A stretch of 63,108 nucleotides of DNA, counting the filler, from Basidiobolus ranarum (taxonomy: Eukaryota), in NCBI GenBank assembly GCA_040143965.1. It is 8 parts of 8 records of this genome, joined end to end, with 100 filler letters (N's around TTAATTAATTAA, not from the genome) between each part and the next. Parts side by side here need not be neighbours in the genome. Positions count along the whole stretch, not along the records: positions 31,652 to 39,446 come from JASJQH010007937.1; positions 39,547 to 47,336 come from JASJQH010007938.1; positions 47,437 to 55,223 come from JASJQH010007939.1; 5 more parts are not named here. The stretch is one strand, 5' to 3'. Positions within the stretch are counted from its first letter, which is position 1. Every line of letters starts with the position of its first letter. The position numbers and the translations under genes were made by a program. Of this stretch, positions 36,763 to 50,400 are shown one piece after another. Under the pieces are notes generated by a model, which did not search any database, was not told the origin of the DNA, and saw only the letters and a program-made list of their open reading frames with translations.

Positions 36763-37131
36763 GATTCGCTCAATGAGTGGTTACCGATTATTTTGAAAGA
36801 TTCCCCGACTTTCCCCTATACCCGTGAATTTCCGGCACTCTTTTTATCATTGTTTGAAGCCATTGATTATTTATATATATCATTAATTAATGCATACATG
36901 ATCATCTCATACAATCTTTTAAACCATTATCTATCATTGTTTATTGGATTGTTACATATCTATCTCCATACTTAAACAACTTATAAATATTGGATTTCAC
37001 CCCGGCCCCTCGAAAATTTCATCGGAGTAAGGATGGGCTCCGAAAAAATTTGAATTTTAATGTGCTTATGGAAAAAGTATTGATAGGTTTGGTGTGCGTC
37101 TACCTTTTTGTAACAGCCCTACGCTCTAAAT

Positions 37132-38434
37132 ATGTTAAATTCTACTTCTTCGATGGGTTTTCTTCTTCAAAGAGTTTCTGCTCTTTCTTTGAAGAGCTCA
37201 ACCGCTGCACAAGCCAGTAAAAATGTTCTTCAAATTCGTGGCTTAAGAACTGGTCCTTATGCTCAAAAGCCCCTCCGAGGTGCCGATAAGGCTTTAAGCT
37301 TTTTAAAAAAGAACCCAAAGGAGTACACACCCGAGTCAGTTAGAACAGGGGCAGTTGGTTTAAAGTCTGGTATGACCGCCATTTGGGACGAATGGGGTGT
37401 TCGAGTTCCCGTCACTGTATTGCATGTAAGTGACATTAAACTTCCACTGATTGGTTATCCTCTTTTGACTAAAGAAACCCCCTCTCCATCATTTTTAACA
37501 GCTCAAAGAAAACCAAGTTGTCGACAGAAGAACTGAAGACAAACATGGATATAACGCCGTCCAAATCGGTTGTTATAATAAGAAGATCACTCGTACAACC
37601 AGACCCCTTCGTGGTCATTTCGAAAAGAACGGAGTCGATCCTAAAAAGAAACTCATGGAATTCGTGGTCTCTAAAGATGGACTTTTACCACTTGGTAGGA
37701 TGGATTGTTGGTGGAATTATAGTCCTTGAATTGTCTAATAACCTTTTCATATAGGAACCCCTATTAGTGCCGCTCATTTCGTTCCCGGTCAATTTGTCGA
37801 TGTAACTGCCACCTCGTGAGTTTTTTCTACGTTCTATCCACCGACCAATGTGAATGTTTCTAATGTATTTAATTAATTAGCCTTGGTAAAGGTTTCGCTG
37901 GTGGTATGAAGCGTTGGGGTTTTAAGGGTCTTAGAGCTACCCATGGTGTTTCTCTTGCTCATAGATCTATTGGTTCCACCGGTCAGAGAACCGTAAGTCT
38001 TTTTACTAGTAAAACGAATCGATTAGCACTGGACTAACAGTATGATGAATTTTAGGATCCAGGAAAGGTCTTCAAGGGAAAGAAGATGCCTGGTAGACTC
38101 GGTGGTGATAGAGTCACAGTCCAAAATTTGAAGGTGAATATTTTCAAGAATTTCCCCATAATTTTCACACACTAACCCAAGTATCGTCATGCGTTAGGTG
38201 GTCAAAATCGATCTTGGATTGAATTGTGTTTACGTCAAAGGAGCTGTACCCGGTGTAGATGACACATACGTTCGTATTCGTGATTCTCTTAAGAAGAGAA
38301 ATGTCGGTAAACTCTTCCCAGCTGGAGCTAAGGTTCCATTCCCCACCTATGTTCCAGGTGTTGTCGATCATCCACGTGAAGTAGTTGCAAAGAGTGGCAA
38401 GACAGTTGATCCTTTGGTGCCACTTTTGGATTAA
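37132..38434 (+). CDS. MRPL9: Mitochondrial large ribosomal subunit protein uL3m, multi-exon
   Basis: [19 protein letters not shown]...[49 protein letters not shown]. Confidence 0.93.
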
Positions 38435-38539
38435 TCCAATTTGCATGTAATTTCATTTATATTTTCATCATTTCGTTTTTCAATATTAGAAATAAACCAT
38501 CACCTGATCATCTATAACATTCCTTCAAGTCTTTCTAGT

Positions 38540-39446
38540 TTTTGATTGCTTGTTTATTCCCACTCAGAAGGCATCAAAAATATTTCTGATAGAAACTTTA
38601 TTGAGAAAAACTCTGCAAATATAATTACCAATGTAGCAATAAGGAAGTCAGTCATAGTTTTGAGATTTGTAAGTGATATCAATTGAAAAGTAGAAGTCAA
38701 GATATGTGATTGGGAGTAGACTGATGTAACATGGCTTGCTTGTACTATTAATTGTAGTTGGGCCAATTGCAACTTAGAAAGAGAGTACAAAAGTGCCTTG
38801 AACTTGAGCTCCATGTCACAAGCTTTTACAACTGATGGTGAGTATTTAGGAGACTGGGGAAATACATAACTTTCATCAAATATGTTATGTAGCACACAGT
38901 ACAATATATACTGGTGAAAAAATGAAGAGAAAAACTAAAATGAAAATGCACCTTAGATGTTAAAGGTAATTGTGACTTGATTTGAGGGGTTTTGGGCTAG
39001 TTTAAATATTTTTTCTTTTCTTAATAATACTGTCATATGTTTTAGTACATACCTGATTTTGACTCCTGGAAAGTATGATACATTGGGATGTAAGGATATT
39101 GCAATCAGTAGATCTAAAATCTCAGTTGTCTCATTTGACAAGCATCTTTGTATTCTAACTCAAATCTTGATTCTTTAAATATACATTTCTAAGAATTCTC
39201 AAAACTACATTTGTTACTGTTGAAATTAGCATTGCCCAAATACCTACATAGTCTTATATAGCTCAGTGTTTAGTTTGTTGAAATTAGCATTGCCTAAACA
39301 CCTATATAGTCATATATAACTTAGTAATTAGTTACCTTATAATTCACTAAGATATTATCAATTATTCTCAATCGGAATTTACTTTGAATATTTTTACCAA
39401 CTTAGAAGTTCTCAGATATATAGATTTTTCAAACTTGTGCTAGAAG
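38540..39446. mobile_element. Decayed CpG-depleted repeat with terminal-like sequence shared with contig 6
   Basis: 39280-39440 is the reverse complement of a sequence similar to 40790-40950. An internal ~58-bp duplication lies at 39219-39330. Confidence 0.55.
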
Positions 39447-39546
39447 NNNNNNNNNNNNNNNNNNNNNNNNNNNNNNNNNNNNNNNNNNNNTTAATTAATT
39501 AANNNNNNNNNNNNNNNNNNNNNNNNNNNNNNNNNNNNNNNNNNNN
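39447..39546. other. Artificial contig linker
   Basis: N44-TTAATTAATTAA-N44. Confidence 0.98.
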
Positions 39547-40950
39547 ATATTCCTATTTAGAATATAGGGGCTATAGATATGTTGCTTTCTGTTTCTGATA
39601 TATGTATCATAACTAAAGTTAACTATGATGTTGAATAAAGATTAATTATCCAACATATTACAGAATTTTCAATTTTCAATATTTGAATTTTCTCAATATA
39701 CTTGTAAAATTTTTCAAACTTTTGCTCAAGTTCCAGACTTTGCATACATGCTTTTGAAGCTGTTCTTAGTACCTTGGACATGCTAAGTTGTTACATTGTC
39801 ACAAAAATATAAATTGAGGCTTTGAGCTTAATCAAGCAATAAGTGAAACCACCAATTTCTCAAGTTCTCTATACCACTTCCAACAGGCTACTTGAACACT
39901 TTAATGCTTTCTTGATAATTCTACGGGTTTCCCGAACAGCATATATATCACTGATGATATTGTTTGTGATGATATCATATTCTCAGATCTCATCAAGAGA
40001 ATATTCTGGAACTTTTGAGAATCCTCCTTAGTAATCAACCCTACAAAAAAAGTTATCCTTGTCTTTATCTAATGACTTGTAATTGTGATCAACCCTAATT
40101 TATATTCCTGCTTATGAGACCTTTAGAGTGAAAGCTCAAGACATACTACAAAAGACAGTTACTGGCTACTGGGTGACTAGATAGGAGTTGACTGGCTCAA
40201 AGGAAGTATTGACTGCAAGATGTTACATATCTGATACTTCATGTGTCTTCCTTAGCTTTTTCTGCATTGGTAAGGAACTTTTTGAATTCATGGATAAATC
40301 ACTACCAATGCCTCTCCAATCAAAACCCTGCTGGCTGAGTTTTCATTTATTCTTAGTTGGTTATACCCTTTTTATCTAATCATTTTCAAAGGATGTCAAA
40401 GCCAATATATCCATTTATTGAGCACCAGCAAATTGTTCAACGGAAAGCTGGACGTTGCATTGTGGTTTATCAGTCCTTAGATAATTATAGAGGCTTGGTT
40501 CCCTTTTCACAAGGACCCAAGAGAGAGACCTGGATTACAATACATTCCATTATTCAACTGTGGCTGTTGCACCCTTGGATCAGTTCACAAGAACTTTAAG
40601 ATATTGTGCCATAGTTCCTGCTTACACCCTAAAACAACTACACTGTGTCATATAAAGGAAGTACAGAATGTGGAACTCTTCTCCTTACAGTGCTTGACAT
40701 TTATATTTTGGCAAGAAGTGCACACACCAGCATGTAGAATATCTTCAAACAGGTCCCAGGAATATGTGTGGAAAGTTTAGAGTTTTTTGGACAAGTTTGA
40801 CAAAAGCATATAATCTAACAACTTCTAGTTGGTAAAATATTCAAAGTTGCAAGTGAAGATATTGATTAATAACATAGTGAAATTTAGGGAGCTAACTATG
40901 TGACTATATAGATGCTCAAGCTAAGTCATTTTGAACAAATTTCAACTTAT
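39547..40950. mobile_element. Decayed DNA-transposon-like element, CpG-poor
   Basis: Both ends match repeats on other contigs. Weak inverted similarity between ~39710-39750 and ~40760-40805. Internal ORFs are fragmented. Confidence 0.5.
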
Positions 40951-42601
40951 TTTTTGCTGATCATCCCTAATGGTGCTGGAGAATGTCAGATTTTAATTTG
41001 CACTCTCACACCTGATATAATATACTATATGATCTAGTAAATTTATCCAAATACACTAGTAATAGGTTCTCCATCTCATTTATTGAACGATTGTTGGCAC
41101 GCATTTAACGCAAGTGCGTTGCGGTGTTGATTATTCCACTTAGAATTGCTGAAAGTTTTCAAATTCCACTTGCTTCTCTGTATCTACGGTGACCAAAAGA
41201 AAGAAAGCTATAGTTTCATGGCCAATTAGCCTCCGCAGAAAGCTACAAAAACAGATCTCCGTCACAGATATTAACTATTGTCATTGTAATAACTTTATGC
41301 TGTAATCTGGAGCTAGTGCCAGTTGAAATGAGATCGTAAGTAGAATTTCTAGAGTGTAATATGCCGGACTCTCAATCGATTGATCGCTTGCAACGTAAAT
41401 TGCAACCCTGCGATGTTCTGTCCAAGGCTGATCAATTGATACTTGGCGAGCTGGATTGGGCATTGGGATTGGATTCTTAGGCGCTTTGTGTATGGCTCTA
41501 ACATCTTTTTTTCGTTTCAAAGAGCTAATTTGTTATTGATAAAAGACTCTATCCATTTTCAGAACTGCAGGTCTTTACAATGATGCACTTACAATGGAGC
41601 AGTCAAATCCAATCATATTTTCAAAGCCCCATGGTTGATACATTTATCGCTAATATGGCTATAAATACGATACAGATCTGGCCTATTGTCGCCAGGATAT
41701 TGTTAAATATTGATGGGGAGTGGGCTGTTTTGGTGGAACTTGGCTGATACTGCCTTACTTATAGTATTGAAAGCATCAACAGAGCTAGCACCTGGTCATA
41801 CAGGTATTATAAAATTTCATATCGTACCTAACCGTGCTAAAGGAAGTAGCTACATGCTTCTACTGGTATGTTCTTCTGGTGAAGCGTTCAATGATATGCG
41901 GAATATTTACTTTATAAAGCTAAGCAAGCCCTACGAACCTCATCGTCTGTATTGCTCCAACAATGCAACACCGTTTAATAGTTTCGATAGATCTCTCTGC
42001 ATAGTTGCTGGGAGCCCTGTAGCAAATGCCCCTTAATTAACGCTCTTCGGGAATATCTGGCAACGTGAACATGCGGAGTGATCTATTACGTTAGAGATGA
42101 GCCATTTGGCTAGAATGTTGATTGGACAATACCTGAAAGAAGAATATCAGCGAAGCTCCAGTTAATACCCTTCATGGCATTGAGTAGGAAAAAGAGCAAG
42201 CAATATTTGTTTCACTTTACGATGTCATTAATATTGGATAGCTTGCATTATTAAGCACATCCATATTTTGTATCCTTTTGCGTCCATGAGTTAAACCTAC
42301 TTGAGTGCAAACCCTCCACGAATTTAATTTCAATGCAGGATTGAATCTTGCCAAAGATGTAGATGCTTTTAACAAATAAGGTTTATATCCTTTGTGCCTG
42401 GTAATAAATGATTTCAGTGGCCACCTTCCTTTCCCAGCGTCTAACAATTGTCTGCTTATTCTGATTACAAATATAAGTCAATCGCCGTTCGTGAAAATCT
42501 CCAATCTCTCTCAGCAACTGATCAAAGGTCAAGGCGTCTGAACTTCTTTATTCTCCAAGAACATTTTTTCGTGAAATACCCTAGGACAGGTTAACATTAC
42601 T

Positions 42602-43612
42602 ATGTTTGCAAAGATGGCACGACTGCATCTGGGAGTTAATCCCTACAATGTAAACACCAGCTTTGAATTGGACTTTCCTGTGACATCTTATTTTATTTCC
42701 AGCAAAACTCTGGCTATCTTGCGAGGACTTATGCTGCTCTATTCCTTATTAGTATTTGGTTCAAGTCTTGCTCTAAACAGACCCAACTGGGCATTATTTC
42801 TCGGAAGTTTTACGACCCTCTCCTACATGGGATCTATACTCTACTACTCTGTGAGTCTAATCAGCTGCTTCTCCCATGGAAATATACAAAACTAACGCCC
42901 CTTCTTATTTATTTAGCTCAGTTTGTACTATTCAGTTCGTTACAACCTGTCGGAAGAGTCTTACATCTGCTATTCCTTGATATCTCGTCGGGTGCACTTT
43001 CGTTATTTCATCTGGCTCATTTATGACACCGTAGTTGTTTATCAATTTCTCCTACCACCAGTTTATTGGTGTGTGTGGATTAATCATAGAACTAGCTTTC
43101 AGAGCAATCTAGATCTATGGATTGAACTTTCCTTTAACGGCGTGAACTTATTCTTCGTCTGTGTTGAGCTATTTATGGCACGGTGGCAGTTAATGTTAAT
43201 TCATCTTCCTGTTGTACTACTTGTGGTTCCTCTGTACTTTATCTTTTGCTGGATCATCACACTTGTGTAAGTAGGTGTACTTTCCTGTGATGCTTTTGTT
43301 TAACTTCCTAACCATCGCTTCTTACACAGCTCTGGAAATCCTGTCTACTTGATTGCAGAGCTCAAGCAAAAACCGGACGCTATTATTGTCTCCTTTTTCA
43401 TCACTCTAGCCACCGTAGCGTTGACTTTTGCAATAGTGTACAGCCTTCACAAACTTCGTGATTTGCTTGGAGATACCATTGTTAGACATCAGGTAATTCG
43501 TCGACGTTCTGATCTCGAGCTTATTGAGAATGGCTCTCGCCACAAGAACGTTGTAGACACTGCCACTACCACTCAAGCCTCCTCAGGACTACAATGTTTC
43601 CTATTCCTTTGA
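42602..43612 (+). CDS. Multi-pass membrane protein (FAR-17a/AIG1 or rolling-stone-like); exons ~42602-42850, 42917-43266, 43331-43612
   Basis: Three hydrophobic ORFs joined by GT-AG introns, with FTTLSYMG, VYW and NGVN...ELF motifs. Confidence 0.65.
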
Positions 43613-44045
43613 ACCAATTATTTGCACTCTACGGTCATTACCTCGTGACGTTTCATTTCCTATGGCGATATCAGGGTCCTAGCTCAAGAGGGCATATGCT
43701 CATTTGATGATTCTTGTAGATACTTGGTTAAGTGATATTATATGCATAATTTTATTGCCTTACTTATTTCAACTAATCACTGGTCGAGCCAGTAATAAAT
43801 TCCACTCTGGAATGAATACCAAACACAGAACCAACCATTAAGTAGTCACTTATATGCTGGTTAATTGATAATCGCTACTAAATTGAACCTTCAAAAGATC
43901 ATCTGTAAAGATGGAGGTACGTTTCCTCAATTGGAAATTCTAACCAACGTAGAGTTGTAGACATCTGATAGATTAATGCTGAAAAATTATATGGATGATT
44001 CGGATCTCATCTTTTAAACTTTCACTGCCCAAATTGTAGAGAGTC

Positions 44046-44987
44046 TCATGTAGAGGTAATATGAACAGGAATTCGTGACTCCAGAATATTACTTTGGTCT
44101 AGAAAAAGATGGTCTATCACGGTAAACAGATCCGCTTCGATCCAATCCTCGCGAGCATAGTCGGATATGCGCACAAGAAAATCAGTTACACTCCAATCCA
44201 CCCACTTGGGTTCTTGAATTCCTTCTTTAATAAAGACCTGACCAAACGTAGTACTTTCTGAAGTTACGTTCAGTAGCACGGATAATGTGGGGACTTGAAA
44301 ACGACCGGCTATCTCGAGGAAAGTTGTGGATGTTGAAGTACCCTCGGGGTTTAGGTGTAGTACTCGAAGTGCTCCAGAACGAACACTACCCCAGTGCAAT
44401 CCATGCCAGAGATTGTCCATGTATCCGAAATATGTATTATACCAGAATTTTTGGCTGTATTTAGCTAGTAAAAGTGCATAATCCGTAGGTAAATAGTAGG
44501 GCTCAATCCAACTCTGCTGAAGAACTGCTAGTTCTTGGAGCGGAATTGAGGTTGGTTGTACTTGCTTATCTTCGGGGTTAATGACTTTCCGGTTAGCTTG
44601 AAACATGCAAGCACGTTGAAATGCCTCTGTGGATTGGAACTGAAGCTCATCAAATCGTAAGAGAAGTTGAAGTTGATACAGTTTGCTTGAATCTGCTACA
44701 ACGGATGGGATATTAGGGAACCTCAACTTTAAAACTTCCGAGGTTTTATCTAGTTCAAATGCATAGCAATATTCCTCATGTATAACTCGTTTAACCTTTG
44801 AAATAGAAGAAGTCGGTAATAATTGAAGGAATGCACGGCTCAGCAAAGCTTCTTGTTTTGCTAGATATAATTCAAACTCCTTCTCGGTTTGTGAAAGGCT
44901 AAGGATCTCATATAGCTCAAGATAGCAAATTATTCGGTCCCAGATTTCCAATGGTAATAGCTGTAACAAGGTGTCTAATGCTAACAT
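44046..44987 (-). CDS. F-box domain protein (313 aa, intronless)
   Basis: N-terminal LLQLLPLEIWDRIICYLELYEILSLSQT fits the F-box consensus. The remainder is unassigned. Confidence 0.7.
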   Translation of the reverse strand: MLALDTLLQLLPLEIWDRIICYLELYEILSLSQTEKEFELYLAKQEALLSRAFLQLLPTSSISKVKRVIHEEYCYAFELDKTSEVLKLRFPNIPSVVADSSKLYQLQLLLRFDELQFQSTEAFQRACMFQANRKVINPEDKQVQPTSIPLQELAVLQQSWIEPYYLPTDYALLLAKYSQKFWYNTYFGYMDNLWHGLHWGSVRSGALRVLHLNPEGTSTSTTFLEIAGRFQVPTLSVLLNVTSESTTFGQVFIKEGIQEPKWVDWSVTDFLVRISDYAREDWIEADLFTVIDHLFLDQSNILESRIPVHITST

Positions 44988-45783
44988 GGTCGAACTTCTA
45001 CAGTCTTGCTGGGTAAAAGGGTTACCTGATTATTCTTGACTCTGCCTTTTTCCCCTGAAATCAATGGCTCTCTTGATTATGTATTACATGGAACTCGCTA
45101 GACTCCTAATCGTAACCAACCCCAACAATTTCGACTATTTTGAAAATCTTTTTCGTTTTATACTAAATTGCCCAAATGATGTACAAATGAGTTTCGATTT
45201 GTCCCAATATTGGGCAGGGAGTCTGAATGATTTACCGATATAGATAGACATCGACATTAAATTACTTGATATCGAAATAAGGTTAGATTTCATTTCAATT
45301 CTAATGTGTACGATGCTTCCAATTTTAAGATCTCCCATGTAAAAATTCAAAATCTGGACTACCCCCCACCCTCAATACGCATCTAATAATATATATAGAA
45401 ACGGAGGCTGTGTTGCGCCAATTACACCATGTTTGAAGCCATAACTAAACATACTTTAGGCAACTGTAATATACGTTAGAAACTTTTAGGAACGTCAAGT
45501 TTCAGTTACTGAAAATGTTTAATAACATTCAGATTTAGCTATGTATTATCTGCAGTCGACACGCAGCATCGAAAGTTATTGAGTATCTATAAGCTTTCCT
45601 TAATCAGGAGAAAACATCCTGACAATTCTCTCCCTACCAAATAAGGTAATGAAATTTAGGGTTTCGTAGGATTGACGTTTACTAAATACTAAGCCAAACA
45701 AAGCAACAAATTAGACGGATTAGGATGATAGACGAGACTTTATAAAAGCCCAGTAGCTCCACTTCCTTTACTCAGACAAACTA

Positions 45784-46547
45784 ATGAACTTCATCATGGC
45801 TTCTAACACACAATCAAATAGAGGTCAAAACGCTCAACTACAAGCAGAGCCTTCCACTGACTATAAACGTGCTGCCCAATGTCTGATGCAGGCTTTTAAA
45901 AACGGTATGTATCATCAAAATCTGATGGCCATTCTCAACATAGTTTTAACATACTCTAGATCCTATTTTGTGTAGAATCATGGGTACAATTAAAAATGAA
46001 TAATTACGCCAAGAAGTTTGGTGTCGTTACTTTGAAGCATTAACTAAAGCCTCAATGGAGGACGGAAAAGTCTACCCAGTTGACGATCACAAAGCTGTTT
46101 CAATTTGGTATGTAGTAATTCAACAAAATAGATATATGTATCCTTGATAATCAACTCCTTTGGTATATCAGGTTTGCTCCGGGTCAACAGTTGACTTCTT
46201 ATGATAAGTCACTATTTGATGGATGCTTTGATAGCGAAGGAACGGAAAAAATTGAAGCACTTTCTAAAATTACACATAAGATGTTGGATAAACTTGTTGG
46301 TGATAAACCAATGTGGTATGGCTACATGGTTGGAGTAGATCGATCGAAGTTAGGTAATGGATATGCTTCCAAGGTGATTCGCAACGTTACTAAATTGGCT
46401 GATGAATAACAAGTAATATGTTACATTGAATCATCTAAACCTGATTACGTTCCCATATACCAGCGTTATGGCTTTCATGTAGTCGAACTAAAATATTTTG
46501 ACGGCGATATTCCTATATATTTCATGATTCGTAAACCCGAAATCTAG
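45784..46547 (+). pseudogene. GNAT-family N-acetyltransferase with two in-frame TAA stops
   Basis: Three exons with intact splice sites: AAQCLMQAFKNDP...KAVSIWFAPG...GVDRSKLGNGYAS...CYIESS...YQRYGF. TAA at 46001 and 46407; normal stop TAG at 46545-46547. Confidence 0.8.
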
Positions 46548-47336
46548 AAGAGCCATTTGTAAATAAAATTATAATAGTATTAATCGAAATTGAATATGGA
46601 AAGATAATGACTAATAACAAAAGTAAAGGCCAATATTTTCGTAAGGTATTGCTGAAAGAGTTGGTTCACGAAAATCTTTATTTGCAGTTATATCTAGATC
46701 CAGTAGTGTGTGACTTCTCGGTAATCCGTATTTATATTCTCTAAAAACGTAACACTGATGTACAAAGTAGATATAGTACAGTTAGTGGAACGGTGATGGC
46801 ATAAGACATCCTTTAGCAAGACAAATTATTCATAAAGAGGATTCAGTTCTTGCGATAAAAGAGTATGGACTTCGGTACGGTTTAAATATTGGGATATTAT
46901 CTGCGAATTTGGCATAGGAAGAATGTATCAAGTTAATTTACATAATTCAAGTAGAGTACATGATTGTCAGAGAAAACTATTTCTATTACTATCAACTAAA
47001 GCATAGTGAGTAAAAGTGTTTCTTATCGACGTATCCTAGATCATGCCAAAGCCTTTGGAATTTTCGATGGCAGTTAGCAGTGTCTCCTCCAACTTTTGCT
47101 TACTACTATATTCACACAGTAAGAGAACATTGAAGCAAGTATGAGATGTTGGTAAACTGTAGAAGTAAAGCTGATTAATAGGAGCTCCATTAGCTTTCTG
47201 AAAAGATGCTCTTACCGATTAGAGTCACCGCCATTTTTAGCGATGACAAATTGTAGTTTACTTAGTCCACCAATCTTTTTGTTTAACTCTTTACGGTTAT
47301 TTATCGCGCTATAGTTATAGACGAAACTAATCTTCG

Positions 47337-47436
47337 NNNNNNNNNNNNNNNNNNNNNNNNNNNNNNNNNNNNNNNNNNNNTTAATTAATTAANNNNNNNN
47401 NNNNNNNNNNNNNNNNNNNNNNNNNNNNNNNNNNNN
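47337..47436. other. Artificial contig linker
   Basis: N44-TTAATTAATTAA-N44. Confidence 0.98.
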
Positions 47437-50400
47437 TAATACTTAAGCTGCTATGCTTTGTGATCAAGGCAAGTTATTGTCTCTCCTTCAGGATAACACT
47501 CTAAGCCCTCAGCTTTGATAAATTCTGCTAGCTATTTATAGACCTTGTGGTTGACTATCCTTATTATGTTATAGAGTAGCATCATATCTGCTTCAATTGG
47601 CACAAATTGAGGAACTTGCTAACTTGTTAACTAACCTCTCCTTGCTCTGTTATGTCCTGGCGATTCAATGACCTGGTTGTGTGTAAATCAAGTATTTAGT
47701 GTACTTTGCACACAAAGCTTAACAGGTATAGTTTACATACTAACTTAAGAGCCTGGCTTTTGATCCCCAATATATCCCCGTTGTTTATATTATATTGTTT
47801 TTTAATCACACTCAGTTAAGACATTGCTTAGACTGGTGCTACATGTATTCCTACTTAAACCTCTTAGTTTTAGCAGGACAGAACAGGGCATTTGACTAAA
47901 TCTTTTACAAGGATTTCATTGTATCATAACTCTGTTCTTAGTAGATTGACCCAGTAGTGTGTAGACTGGACTTTTGGCTCATTAGATAGCTTTGAGCACC
48001 AGGTGCTACACTTCACATTTTTTACAATTAGTGCATTCACTACATGTGTTTTGCTTTTGGTAATTTCATTTTATCTCCTGTTATAGCACTAAATTTTTTT
48101 CTAAAGTTAACCTGCCAATAGAATATCCCAACCTGCTCACAACATGCCAGTATTCATCCTGTCATGTAGCATCTGCAAGCACTCCTTGTGAATTAATATT
48201 TACTATTTGCCCTAGCATGTATCTTTTGGCACATGAATGGGAGTCATCTATATCTATATTGTGCAGAGTTTGCTTACAATTTCTTAGTATCCCACTTATT
48301 CTGTATTTGTTGCAATACTGAGATATAAAGAGGATTATCCTTGGTCCTGATTATACCTATTTCCTCAGATATCTGTACCACCCTAATGATTGCTCAGAAT
48401 TTGTATTGGCATCTCTTAGATTTGACATTGGCTCCTCCCTAGGCTTGCATGCTTATGGCAGTATATGACTTAGTATGTCACTTCTTTGAGCACTGCAAAA
48501 TGGTCAAAAATAATTACTCTAATATAACTCATATGTAAATCTAATACATTGTGTATAAAATGATTAGTCATCACAATATATGTACTATGCTTTGCATCAT
48601 TTTGCATCTCTAATGTCTGGCCAAAATGTATTTTGTTATACAATGCTCAAATGGCTGCCTCATGCTCCTTGTATACTGTTTTACCTAGACAAATGGATTT
48701 TGTGAATGATGTTGGCATTCCAATAACTCAATTTTTGCTTTTTCCAACATTATTTATTGAAAGTTCATTTATTTATTGCCAGCCATTGCTAGGCTCAACT
48801 ATAAATTGTTTTAACTTTGAAAACATCTGCAATTTTATTTTTCTAATGTTACAGTTCTTGTTAACTTTCACCAGTATTTAGACCATGTGATTTGACTTGT
48901 GTTTTTATTCAAGTCTTTCCTAAATTGGTTTGCTTTCCATTTTAGTTGCAAAATATGTTTCATTTTGGTGACACAATATTGACAACATTCTTATGTGTCA
49001 TATTGAGCTACCGTGCTGCCTTTAAAGTGTAAGAATGTGGCAACCACAATTTAACTTCACATACATAGTTTCAATGTCAAACTCATCTTCAAAGGCTTGG
49101 TGCAAATTCTATTCTCCACTTCAGCTGCTGTAAAAATTTCTTGACTGCATTGATTTCTTTCATCATGTTATACATAGAAAGCTCTATTACTAGTTGTTTA
49201 AGGTACTTGTCAAAAAGAGGAATAAAGAAAGAGGCTTGGCTATGAACTTAAATACAGCAATGATTTGTACAACTCTTCTTATAGTTTTAACAATTAGATG
49301 ATTGAATATAGCATATTATTTCAAAACTTTAAGTAAATCCTACCTACCTTGTTTCTTCAAACTATAAGCTCTATCATAACAGGAATTAGAATATGTGCAA
49401 AACATCCAATTCATGGGCCTTATCTTGGTCAAATACACTTCTTTTACTTAAAAAATCAGGTGAATATATGGTTAAGCACATAAATAGGACTTATGCATTG
49501 GCATTTCAACTCAGCTCCATTGCAGTACCTTTGAATAGCAGTGCCCTAGTCTGCAACTACTTTATAGTATGCCCAATGAGTTAGAGAGATTCACAACTGC
49601 TGCATAGTCTAGTGTGGAGGCTTTAACACCACAATATAAAAGTCTCAGACAATACAGTGAGCAATCATGGAGTTTGAACTCTCAGTGAAATACTGAGCAT
49701 CAGATATTGAAAAGTGCCCATAATGCATATGCATTTTGCTGACACAGTAATATAAAATATCGTATTTGTTAGAAAATGAGGCTATGCTGGGAAATAAAGC
49801 TGAACAAATGGATCCAAAATTACATTGTTTCAAGCTTATGACTTCAAAGTAGAAAAAAAATGCACATGTGTGACAACCAGCTATATTGGTAACAGAACAG
49901 ATGGCTGCTTTAAAACCTCTACAGATCAAGGTTAACTATAGCAATATCTTAATTTGTATCTCACTTTTGTAAGTTCACAAAAATATAGCACTACATTGTA
50001 CAAAGTACTGTATGCTATTTTTCATTGATTGAAAATGTAAACTTGGATATTGCTTCACATTTGAAGCTCTGAAGTATGAGGTGTATGTAAACAACTTTCT
50101 TCAATGATGTAGACAGAAGCATTAAAAGCATCAGTGATGCAGTTAAACAAGCATAATACTGCTCTAATAGCTTTTTTTTGCTCTAAGAATGAATTTGTTT
50201 AACAAACAATTGTTTCCTAATCTCAACAACAAGACTAAGTAGTGAGATATTTCAATAGTCCCCTAGCAACAATGTGAAAAGTACTATTTATGGTTGAAAG
50301 TCAGGATACTACTGTTGGGCTGAACTTAGTTCCACTAAAGTTAATATCAAAGTGGCACCTAACAAGATTACAACTCAACCTGATCTTTCTGAGGTTTTAA

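Noticed and set aside
46001-46409. Alternative genetic code (TAA/TAG = Gln)
   Set aside because: TAA and TAG are the normal stops of conserved genes here (SDA1, uL3m, PDB1).
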